Part shown: one piece after another, positions 50,522-61,996 of the stretch
Layout: the number at the start of each line of letters is the position of its first letter
Numbering within the stretch: position 1 is the first letter of the stretch
Origin: Chlorokybus atmophyticus
Taxonomy: Eukaryota > Plantae > Mesostigma and Chlorokybus algae
Assembly: GCA_009103225.1 (NCBI GenBank)
Contig: RHPI01001921.1
Coordinates: forward strand, 53,894-117,893
Reading direction: 5' to 3'
DNA: 64,000 nucleotides
Made by a program: the position numbers and the translations under genes
The notes under the pieces: model-generated
The model's input: only the letters and a program-made list of their open reading frames with translations
Database searches by the model: none
Told to the model about the DNA's origin: nothing

Positions 50522-52433
50522 GTCGATGCACCCGTGCCGCCACCCGTGCCGATGGCGCGGCGCGCTGCTACAGCAGAGCATGTAAGTGCAAGCTTGCACA
50601 ACCTCCTCTGGCACGCGCATGCACATGCACAATCATGCACGCGTGCTCGCAATCATGCACGCATGCTCGCACGCACGCACTGACATGATTGCACGCATGC
50701 ACACAACACACGCACACGCACACGCACACGCACACGCACACGCACACGCACACGCACACGCACACGCATGCGCACACGAACACACACAATCACATGTACG
50801 CGCAGGTCAATGCGCCCATGATGGAGCCCGTGCCAATGGCCCGGCGCGCTGCTACAGCTGATGAAGTAAGTGCACAATTGCACAAACTCTTGCATGACGC
50901 ACAACCATGCACACGCACGCACACACGCACACGCGCACACGCACACGCACATACTTGCATGTACGCGCAGGTCAATGCACCAGGGCCGCAGCCCGTGCCG
51001 ATGGCACCGCGCGCTGCTACAGCTGAGCATGTAAGTGCATGCTTGCACAACCTCCTCTCACACGCAGCATATCCACATACACATAGACAAGGCCGCCAGC
51101 TCGCCAGCCTCGCATGCAGCACACACATGCATACGCCAGCCCGTCAGCCTCCTCGCACGCTCATGCACATGCACAGTCATGAACGCATGATCGCAAGCAT
51201 GCACGCACCCATGTGCATGAATGCACGCACACAACACATAAACGCTAGCCTCGCACGCGCACGCTTGCGCACGCTTGCACCAATGCACGCAACACACACA
51301 TACACACACGCCCATTAGCCGCCAGCCTTGCACGCGCACACACGCAATACACGCACTCACGCACAAGCACGCACGCACATGCATATGAACGCACGCACAT
51401 GCATGCAACACATAGACGCACACGCACATGCACACGCATGCCCACACCCACACCCACACCCACACCCACACGCACACGCACGTCGTGCAGGTCGATGCGC
51501 CCATGCAGCCCGTGCCAATGGCGCGGCACGCTGGTCCAGCTGAGCATGTAAGTGCACACGCACGCACGGTTGCACGCATGCACGCGCACACACGCGCGTA
51601 TGAACGCATGCACGCAACACGCACACGCACATGCACATGCACACGCATGTGGCATGATGCCCACACCCACACCCACACCCACACGTCGTGCAGGTCGATG
51701 CGTCCATGCCGCAGCCCGTGCCAATAGCGCGGCGCGCTGCTCCAGCTGAGCATGTAAGTGCACGGTTGTATGTTGCGAGCATGCACACACGCACGCACGC
51801 ACGCACGCACGCACGCGCACACGCACACGCACCAGCACGGTTGTATGTTGCGAGCATGTGTAAGTGCACACGCACGCACGCACGCGCATCAGCACACGCA
51901 TCATGCATGATGCCCACACCCACACCCACACGTCGTGCAGGTCGATGCGTCCATGCCAAAGCCAGTGCCAGTGGCGCAGCGCGCTGCTACACCTAAGCAT
52001 GTAAGTGCACTAACTCTCGCATGCATTACACACATGCATACGCCAGCCCGTTGGCCTCCTCACACGCCTGGGCACATGCACGACCATGCACGCATGTAGA
52101 CACGCACGCACGCACGCAACATACACACGGGCACACACACACGCACACATTTGCACGTACGCGCAGGTCAATGCACCAGTTCAGCAGCCCGTGCCGATGG
52201 CACCGCGCACTGCTACAGCTCAGCATGTAAGTGCATGCTTGCACAACCTTCTCTCACACGCAGCACACCCACAAACACAATATAGACAAGGCCGCCAGCT
52301 CGCCAGCCTCTGCGCATGCGCACGCACGCACGCATACATGCATGCATGTAACACACAAAAGCATGTGCAGGTCAATGCGCCCATGCCGCAGCCTGTGCCA
52401 CTGGCGCGGCGTGACGGTACAGCCGATGAGCAT
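50522..52433 (+). repeat. Tandem array of eight 57-63-nt phase-0 micro-exons with CA-rich introns
   Basis: Exons 50522-50581, 50806-50865, 50971-51030, 51491-51547, 51694-51753, 51941-52000, 52167-52226 and 52371-52433. Each is bounded by CAG and GTAAGT and encodes V(D/N)APxxxPVPMARRAATAEH-like units. Confidence 0.9.
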
Positions 52434-54034
52434 GTAAGTAAACACCCCCTCCCTCCTCTCACATGGAGCACACTTACAGACACGCACACTCTTATTGCCG
52501 ATGCTGATGAGCTAGTAAAATACCTACAGGCTTGCACGCAAGCATATAGCACACACATATGTACTTGCTTTCCATGTTGGTTGTGTACAGGCAAAAAGCA
52601 ACAATCCACTCGTCAATCAAGGGATTTATGATATTGAAGTTCTTTAACAAGCCACGCGACGCATGAGCATATCACCACGTCAACTTCGTTCACCTGAAGA
52701 GCTTGCGCGGGCCACGCGGCGCATGAGTATGTCACCGCGCCCGCCTTGTTCACCAGCTCAGCGGCAGCCATGGAGATCAGGGTCAGCCTCAACTAGGTCG
52801 CCTCTTGGAGCAGGTGAGCTAGTCGAGCTCAAGCTCAACCAACACACCTTCCAACTATTGTGGTTATGTGTTTTGCAGTTGGTCAAGGCAATAGTACTAC
52901 CGCGCGGTTCAAGCAGCGCAATCTGCAGGTGCGTAAAGCCATTGTTCGCAAGAAGAAACCGTTGAACTTTGCCCGTCATGTAACCACTGAGGACGAGAGG
53001 CGGTTGTGGTCCGAGTTGTACCCGGACTTCACAACCAAAAAAGGCACCGATTGGGAGAGCATGTGCCGCGAGTGGAATCTCAAGCTAGCTGAACATGTGG
53101 CCCTACAGCAAGAAAGCCAGCTCTTTTGGAAATGCAAACATCATCTCCGAGCTTATGAAAAAAAGCTTGTGAAAGAGCTCATCAGCAACGAGTTCACTAT
53201 TGTAACTCGTGCAATGCAGACCTTTTTTACGCACCCTACCACAACATCCAACATGCCACCTCCTCCAGCAACCGGACACACGGCTGCACCCGCGACGGAA
53301 CAACCTCAACAACCTAGCTCAGGCGGACCTATGCGCACTACCCATCGAGGCACCGGCGTTGGCGTAAAAGGTGTGCAGCGAACTTGTAAGCAATGCTATC
53401 ATTACAAGCGTGGGCAGGGGAGCGCACGAGTGCAGCGCCATACCAGCGAACACAGCAAGACATGTAAGTTCAAGAACACCAAGGAGTATCCATGGCCGCC
53501 ATTGTTGAGTGATTTGTGCGGTCATGACTGCAAGACAAAGTGCCGTGTTGTTGGGGAAGCAAGAGTGTAAAAGGTTTAGCCCAAACTTTTCTATATGTGT
53601 TCAAGTGGTTGGAACATGTGCCCATATAGCAAGACGGTTGTCTTATGCATGTGAAACGAGACATGGAGGGTGTCAACTTTTGAGCGACCAAGCGTGTCGG
53701 ATACATGTGCAAGTATGCGTGCATATTGCACGGGCAGCTTATGCGGCATGCATGCGCGTGCACGTGTGTGAGGAAGAAGTGGGGGTGAAGGTGGAGGTGG
53801 GGGTGGGGGTGGGGGTTTGTGACTAAGTCAAGGTTTGTAACACGTATGCAAAGTGAGCATGCATTGGTGGACCTACATTCGCGTCATACACTTGCATCCG
53901 TGCGTCAACTTGCACTCGCATTCACCACCACCATATCAAGTAAAGTTGTGTACAATACCCCCCTCAAGTAGTGCCAATAACAACAAGTACAAGGCTACAT
54001 GTAGGCTACAAGGCTACATGCACAATGCTTTGGT

Positions 54035-54990
54035 TCAATACTCACGCCGCGAGTGAAAGGAGTTGAAGCACTTGGTATGACAAAACCACAGACGCAAGTC
54101 TGTGAGTTCATTGTGAGCACTTTGCACAGACCACTGAGTGCAATAGTATGTGGTCAGCTTGCCGCATAAGCAGCAATTGTGACGCTTTGCTTGGCGTTGC
54201 TTTGCTGTCATGGTGCCATCATCATTCTTCTCTAAGACTTCCGCATTGTGGTTCTGCACATGGAAAAGTTGAAGTCAACATCACATATTGCACAGAGTAT
54301 GTGTGCATACAAACACATACACATTCTCAACCTTGGAGCGGCCGAGCTTGACGCGCAGTTCTCGTAATGCCTTTTGCCCAGGTCCCGTAGGTACCAATGT
54401 CTCAGCACGCTTGATACCTTTGATTGCCCTTGACACAGATGCTGAGGTGGTGTCAACTTTCTTGGGAGATGCTGCTGCTTTCCTCTTCGCCATTGCCGAT
54501 GCTTTTGCTATCGCCTGCACATTGAGACTCATTGTAAGCAAGTGTGATGCAATTCCTAACATGCAGCAAACACTAATGTGAGCATGACCAACAACAACAA
54601 CAACAACAACAATAACAATAACAATAACAATAACCTTCAGAACAACACTTGCATGGGGGAAGAGGAAAGCATCAGCACCAAAGAAACAATAACCACATGT
54701 TGGGATAGAGAGAAAGCTACCAGCAGCAGCAACAACAACAACATCAGCACATTGCATGCTGCTACTCACCCGAAGTCACGGTCGCTGCGCAGGCAACCAC
54801 ACAGTCATTCAATGCAGGCTGCGCCGGCAGCCACACAGCCGCCGCCCTTAACGCCCTCAACGCCGACGAGGCAGGAGGCTTGAGTAGATGGGCCTACAGG
54901 CTGCTGCGCCGGTGGCTCTGCAAATTGCGGCCGCCACCAACGCCCTGCTTGACGCCGGTGAAGGCGCGCAGGCGCAAGGGTTCTGAACAT
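54035..54990 (-). CDS. Small spliced ORF with a piggyBac-type C-terminal Cys-rich zinc ribbon, convergent with the DUF6729 gene
   Basis: RHNCCLCGKLTTYYCTQWS...WFCHTKCFNSFH (54035-54259) preceded by a basic exon (KRKAAASPKK...RVKLGRSK). The 5' exons are uncertain. Confidence 0.55.
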
Positions 54991-55821
54991 TAACCAACGT
55001 CAATGCAATCGACACATTTGGTATTAAGTGTCTGTATGTTAAGGACGCGGAGAAATTGAGGAGGAAACCCCAATCGCGACCCCGAAGTGGGGTCGACAAC
55101 CACAAGAATACGGTGCCTCCGGCACCGTAACTTGGGTGTTTATCCCGAAATTTTTGGGCCCGACGGTGTATTTACTCCGTTAAGGGCCCAAACTACCAAA
55201 TAAAAACCTCAAGTGGAGACAGCGGCACTGCTCGGGTCGCAGCGAGCGGCCACAGATAGCTCAGCCCAGCTATCCCTCACCGTGTGATCGAGCTACTCGA
55301 GCTATCCGTCACCGGCGATCGACCTACTTAAGCTATCGGTGGCCGTTCAGATGCATCGCTGCATTGCATATATTAACGGCACAAATTGCACTGCTGGTTT
55401 CATTGGTTGACCGTTACCGTCCTATCCAACGGCTACGCGGCCTGTGCCGCGCAGCATCCCAACGTTTCAATAGTAGCGACGGCTGGAAGTTTTGAAATTT
55501 TTGGCCATTTGTGGGCTGCTGCCAGGGCGGCGGTAGCCGCCGGTGTGTGAAGCTACAGCGCCGCAGCGCTGCACCACGGTGCTGCTTTCAATGTTTGAAG
55601 TCAAGCCTTTCACGGTGAAAGTTTCACCTTGCGCTTGCTGGTTGCTTCCGCTCCAACCCTCCAACCATGGCCGTGGCGGACCAGGCTCTGCAAAGACATG
55701 CTTGTAGGGCTAGGGGCTAAAATAAAACGCGCCCTCCCTTGAGTCTTGGTTGCTGCTATTATTTTGTTGGGTATGCCGTTGTTCTCGCTGCTACTGGTCA
55801 CTATTGAATAAACCCGTGGTT

Positions 55822-56040
<219 letters not shown>

Positions 56041-59000
56041 NCTCAGGTACGTGCGCGTGTGCATGCTTGTATATCTATGGGCTAAGGTGTGTATATATGC
56101 GCACACATGTGCACTTGCTCTAATGCATGCGCGTGTGTGTGCATGAGCACGTGCATACATGACTGTGTATCTTCCTGCTTGAAGACGGAGAACAACATTA
56201 AGACAATAACGTATTTTCACAAGCTTGGCACCGTGTAGAACTTTAATAATAACACGCAGTGACTCATTCGGAGTGACTGAATTGAGTCAACCACTCAGGT
56301 GTTGCAAGCATTCTTTTATATACACTCTCGTCTGCATCCCCCCCCCCCCTCCCTCCCCCCCTCCCCACACACAAGCACACACACGCGGATGCATGCACAC
56401 TGTGTGCACATATCACACACACGCACACGCACGCACGCACGCACGCATAGAGAGACGCACGCTCACACACATGCACACGCGCGGGCACTCACGCACATCA
56501 AGCATGCACTGACACACCGTGCTCACATAAACATATACGCTCACCGCACAACGCACATGTAGACTCGCACATACACACACATACGCACACGTCCTCCCAA
56601 AATAGGATTGACCAACTACGGTGAGCTGTCTTCCTGGGCCCTGCGCAACCGCAAAGCGTCCACAACTACGCTCCGTCTCAACAACACACTGCAGCACCGC
56701 CTGACCCGGAGCGTGAGCCTCGACTGCGGTAACACCGGCGGCATGAACAATTTTTGCACAATGACACACTCAGCGTCAGCAGCGAGAGTGGAGGAGAGAC
56801 ACGCAGCCTCACGCTCGCACGCATGCACATACATACACGCATGTGCACACGCACATGCACGCCACGCATATGCAGCCTCACGCATACACGCACGCACACG
56901 CATGCGCACGCACACGCACTCGTACGCGCATGAGTCAACACGCACATAGCCTCACACATGCACGCAAGCACGCACGTACGAATGCACACACATACACACA
57001 CGCACACGCACACGCACACACTCCCGCTCACGCACGTTACATACACGCAGCCTCACTGTCATGCTAACCGTCCATGAGGGCTCATCCTCCTCGGACATTC
57101 CCATATCTATGTCCCACTCCCGCACTATCAGCATCAACCAGTGGTTCACGACAAACCACTCATCAAACTGTCATTATAGGCATCAACTCATAGCTGACCC
57201 GTTGGCAATCTTTAACCAAGGGTCCCCCGCAAGCGCTCCTGTCGACCGCTGCACATCGTAGGGTCCCCCGCGTTAGCCCCCCTGTTATGAGTTCTACCGC
57301 GCCTTCCCTTAGCGGCATTCGCAACTATCCGTTGAAGCATAGTATAGGCCAGTTCAACGGCTATACCATAGCCGTGATTGTGGCACTTACTGTGTGCCGC
57401 ACAATGGCATTAACTCCTGTGCCGCCACAGTAGTATAAGTAGCAGTAGCAGACACTTGTACACTTGGTGATATTGTGAGTAAGAATTTTTGAGTTGAGAC
57501 TCGCGTTCCGATGTGGTATGTGAGGCTTGGCTTGGGTGAGTTTGCGGTGCGTGGACTTGGCGTGGATTGTCATCGTGTGCGCCCAGCAAGCTGTGAAGGG
57601 AGTACGACTGTACACAGCAAGCCGTCTCAATGGCCAAAGAACCTGCACCACTGTGGGAGCGAGTACCGCACTTTACACGGTACTGTTGTCATGCGGGTGG
57701 ACTTGGTTACACTCATGTGGATGGTGTGTTAGTTGCATTCAGAGCGTGATATCTGTGTAGTTGTTACGCTCATTCGCCTTACTCAACAGAAGAAAACCCC
57801 ATCATTGACCTCGCGCAAGGAACTGTGATCACAGCATCGACATAGATGGCTTGTTGACTCTCTCTATCTGTTGTTCGCATCTGCTGGAACACAACTTGGT
57901 GGGGTGACAAGAGCGCGCACCCACGATAACCTCGACAAGGGGGTACTTTGTTCATTTCCATGCACAGCACTTGGCCATGTATACGTATAGACACTTGTGT
58001 ATGTACGTACATCTGTTTTATCACAGCGCACATCAGTGCCCACACAACTGCCGTTTAATTCCTCGAGGCGTATCAGCACACGACCCTTCTCAGCCCGACA
58101 CCACGCACGCACGCATGCACATACATACACGCATACGCACACGCACATGCACACCACACATACGCAGTCTCACGCATACACGCACGCACACAGCCACACA
58201 CATACATGCACGCGCACACGCACGCACGCACACGCACATGCACACCACACATACACAGCCTCACGCATGCACACACATACACGCACGCACACGCATGCGC
58301 CACATATACACAGCGTCACGCACACACATGCAGGTGCCAACCCGCACGCCATATACACATAACTTAGCACATACGCGCACACACACGCACACGCTCATGC
58401 ATGTGTAACACACACGAACACGCATATGCACGCTATACATACACGCATGCACGCATCCACATCAGCTTACACCTACATGTGGTCCATCTCAGGGCCTTGC
58501 CGAAGTGAAAGCGAGTGATGGTCACTCCATCATCGACAGCAGCTTCAGCCAACTGCGCTTCCTTGTAATGTGTGGTCGGGTGGCGGCTATTGCGTCTCAC
58601 CCATGCTGCTCTGCTGTTGCTACAACTTACGTCGCGCAGCCCCCCTCTCCCCCCCCCCCCCCCCCCCCCNNNNNNNNNNNNNNNNNNNNNNNNNNNNNNN
58701 NNNNNNNNNNNNNNNNNNNNNNNNNNNNNNNNNNNNNNNNNNNNNNNNNNNNNNNNNNNNNNNNNNNNNNNNNNNNNNNNNNNNNNNNNNNNNNNNGGGG
58801 TGGGGTGGGGTGAGGTGGGGTGGGGCCCACCCTCTCTCCCTAGCCAGCCCCTTAGATCTCTCTACTTGTGTAAAGGATGTTGACCTGGTGGGTTTTCTGC
58901 ATGTGTGCGTGTGTTTGTGCTGCGTGTATGATATATAGAATGCAAGGATTGCGGCATACACGAGAGTGTGACACGCGGAACAAGTCAACTCACTACACCA

Positions 59001-59234
59001 TGAAGCACTCACATTGATGTGCGTGCTAGTGTTTGTCTCATATGTGTGATGGTGTAAGTGTGGGTGCGCTCCAAGCGTGCGTGCAAGCGTGCGGCACAAC
59101 CCATCAGTATACATACATGATCATGCACGACGTATACGTTGCTAAGCTACGTAGCTAAAAAACACTCACAGCAAGCATAACGGACACACAGGTAGGAATA
59201 GTTAATTTGGCCGGGGTGTAAAGCCTTTACATAC

Positions 59235-59281
59235 AGCTATAGTTGTGTTGTTGTAAGGCTTACAACAACACAACTATAGCT
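59235..59281. repeat. Near-perfect 47-bp palindrome
   Basis: AGCTATAGTTGTGTTGTTGTAAG-G-CTTACAACAACACAACTATAGCT (23-bp arms, 1-nt centre). Confidence 0.95.
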
Positions 59282-60465
59282 ACCCAAATACAGCTACGTG
59301 CAACGTATGCGTGCATGTACATACACACGCACGTGCGTGCAATAGTTGACACGCGGAGTGAGTAACCTTCAATCCTATGTAACGACTTAGCTGTAGTAGT
59401 AAAAGTGATTATTAAGTTTCGTTTATACACGTATAAACTGCATTACATTTCTTCCATTTATGTTACTTGAAGTTGTAAATATGTGTGTGCTTGCAACTGT
59501 TATGTTTATTTCATTAGATGTATGTGTATATGCATGTGTGAGTGATGCTGTGCAAGTTTTTTATTTATATTGACATATTTATCAATCACTGTGTGCTACA
59601 CTATACATCAACATGCAAATATATAGGAAGTGTGAACAAGCACACTGACAATGTCACATATCGCCAGCCCAATTATCTTCAATTTATATATTATAGTTTA
59701 CTTCAATATAGTCGACTGTTGAGCGTCGTTTAGTATGGTTGGCTCACGTGAGCGGGCACGCCGACGCCGACAAAACCAGTTGACGGTGATGAACATTGTC
59801 GGCGCGTAATGGCTGGGCAGGGACGCGGCGCTGGAAATTGAGATCACCTCTGATCGCGTTCCCCACCTTACATAATTAATATCAGTATATCGGGTCATCT
59901 GTTGTTTTTATGTCCCGACGTGGCATTTTCTTGCTGTTGTGCGTCCCGACGCAATCTTTTTCTCGCGTTTCTTGCGTCCCGACCCTGGTTTCCCCGTTTT
60001 GTGTTCCGACTTACCTAATTCGAGCCTTGTTAGGCAAACCTTGCACACGCTCACACGGCTTGACGTTGAAGGACCATGCATGGTTCTTTCACGGACCCCG
60101 CGGGGGGACGGACCGTTCCTGGTCCATTCGGGGCCCCGCGGCCCGTGAACGGCTGGCGCGGCGACGCGCACCACGAATGGTCCGAGCCGCACCATCCATG
60201 GTGCGGCACGGACCAGTAATGTACGCTGGCCCTTGAATGCGGACCAGGTGCGGTGTCGGAAGCCCGCACCGCTCTCAGAAGGCCGCAGAGACGCCCCGCG
60301 TGGCCCGCGCGGCCCGACCGGCGGGAATGGCCGGGAGCCGCGCGTTAGCCGGCGCCGCACCGGCCGCGCGACTGCCCTCGGTTAACCGAGCGTCGCGCCG
60401 TCGGCGCTCACCCCCGGGCCGACCGTCGACGCCCGTCCGCACCAGCGCCGTCGTTTGCGAAGAGA

Positions 60466-60953
60466 GATATATGTATATATATGTATATATATGTATATAT
60501 ATATACAGATACATATAAGCATATGTATACGTATATATGTATATATATGTATATATATATACAGATACATATAAGTATATGTATATATATGTATATATAT
60601 GCTTGTATATATACATATATATATACATACATGTATATGTATGTATATATACATATATATATACATACATATACATACATATATATATATACATACATAT
60701 ACATACATACATGTATATATATACATATACATAGGCCTTACATACTTGTATGACGTCATACATGTATAAGTTATATATATATATAAAATCTATATATACA
60801 GATACATATAAGTATATGTATATGTATATATATGCTTGTATATATACATATATATACATACATGTATATGTATACATACATATATACATACATACATATA
60901 CATACATATGTATGTATATATATATATATGTATGTATATGTATGTATGTATAT
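60466..60953. repeat. TA/TACA/TATG low-complexity satellite running into a 990-N gap
   Basis: Visible composition, with recurring ATATATACAGATACATATAAG units. Confidence 0.93.
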
Positions 60954-61996
60954 NNNNNNNNNNNNNNNNNNNNNNNNNNNNNNNNNNNNNNNNNNNNNNN
61001 NNNNNNNNNNNNNNNNNNNNNNNNNNNNNNNNNNNNNNNNNNNNNNNNNNNNNNNNNNNNNNNNNNNNNNNNNNNNNNNNNNNNNNNNNNNNNNNNNNNN
61101 NNNNNNNNNNNNNNNNNNNNNNNNNNNNNNNNNNNNNNNNNNNNNNNNNNNNNNNNNNNNNNNNNNNNNNNNNNNNNNNNNNNNNNNNNNNNNNNNNNNN
61201 NNNNNNNNNNNNNNNNNNNNNNNNNNNNNNNNNNNNNNNNNNNNNNNNNNNNNNNNNNNNNNNNNNNNNNNNNNNNNNNNNNNNNNNNNNNNNNNNNNNN
61301 NNNNNNNNNNNNNNNNNNNNNNNNNNNNNNNNNNNNNNNNNNNNNNNNNNNNNNNNNNNNNNNNNNNNNNNNNNNNNNNNNNNNNNNNNNNNNNNNNNNN
61401 NNNNNNNNNNNNNNNNNNNNNNNNNNNNNNNNNNNNNNNNNNNNNNNNNNNNNNNNNNNNNNNNNNNNNNNNNNNNNNNNNNNNNNNNNNNNNNNNNNNN
61501 NNNNNNNNNNNNNNNNNNNNNNNNNNNNNNNNNNNNNNNNNNNNNNNNNNNNNNNNNNNNNNNNNNNNNNNNNNNNNNNNNNNNNNNNNNNNNNNNNNNN
61601 NNNNNNNNNNNNNNNNNNNNNNNNNNNNNNNNNNNNNNNNNNNNNNNNNNNNNNNNNNNNNNNNNNNNNNNNNNNNNNNNNNNNNNNNNNNNNNNNNNNN
61701 NNNNNNNNNNNNNNNNNNNNNNNNNNNNNNNNNNNNNNNNNNNNNNNNNNNNNNNNNNNNNNNNNNNNNNNNNNNNNNNNNNNNNNNNNNNNNNNNNNNN
61801 NNNNNNNNNNNNNNNNNNNNNNNNNNNNNNNNNNNNNNNNNNNNNNNNNNNNNNNNNNNNNNNNNNNNNNNNNNNNNNNNNNNNNNNNNNNNNNNNNNNN
61901 NNNNNNNNNNNNNNNNNNNNNNNNNNNNNNNNNNNNNNNNNNNATTATGTTACATTGTTCAGCGTAAAAGTGCAATCTACAAGCACGGCATGCTTA

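Larger units (their letters stand above)
40261..53570 (+). pseudogene. Multi-exon DUF6729-type DDE transposase-like gene (gypsy copy 2 lies in an intron)
   Basis: YWAP...CPCC...SDGW..R..R...CKKC; RQLP...VLTHRAG; AVDHSFK; NEAKQV; VYCDN; VKEDPWHCMDRY; DPEGVRLY; YMCARGTSPLEGFH; RHNTR; C-terminal DWESMCREWN and RTCKQC..H..C. Stops at 48404, 49225 and 50075, and a frameshift near 49430. Confidence 0.8.

Noticed and set aside
50273-52631. Many overlapping His/Ala/Cys-rich ORFs
   Set aside because: They come from CA/GC-rich intron repeats; only the 57-63-nt micro-exons show coding signal.
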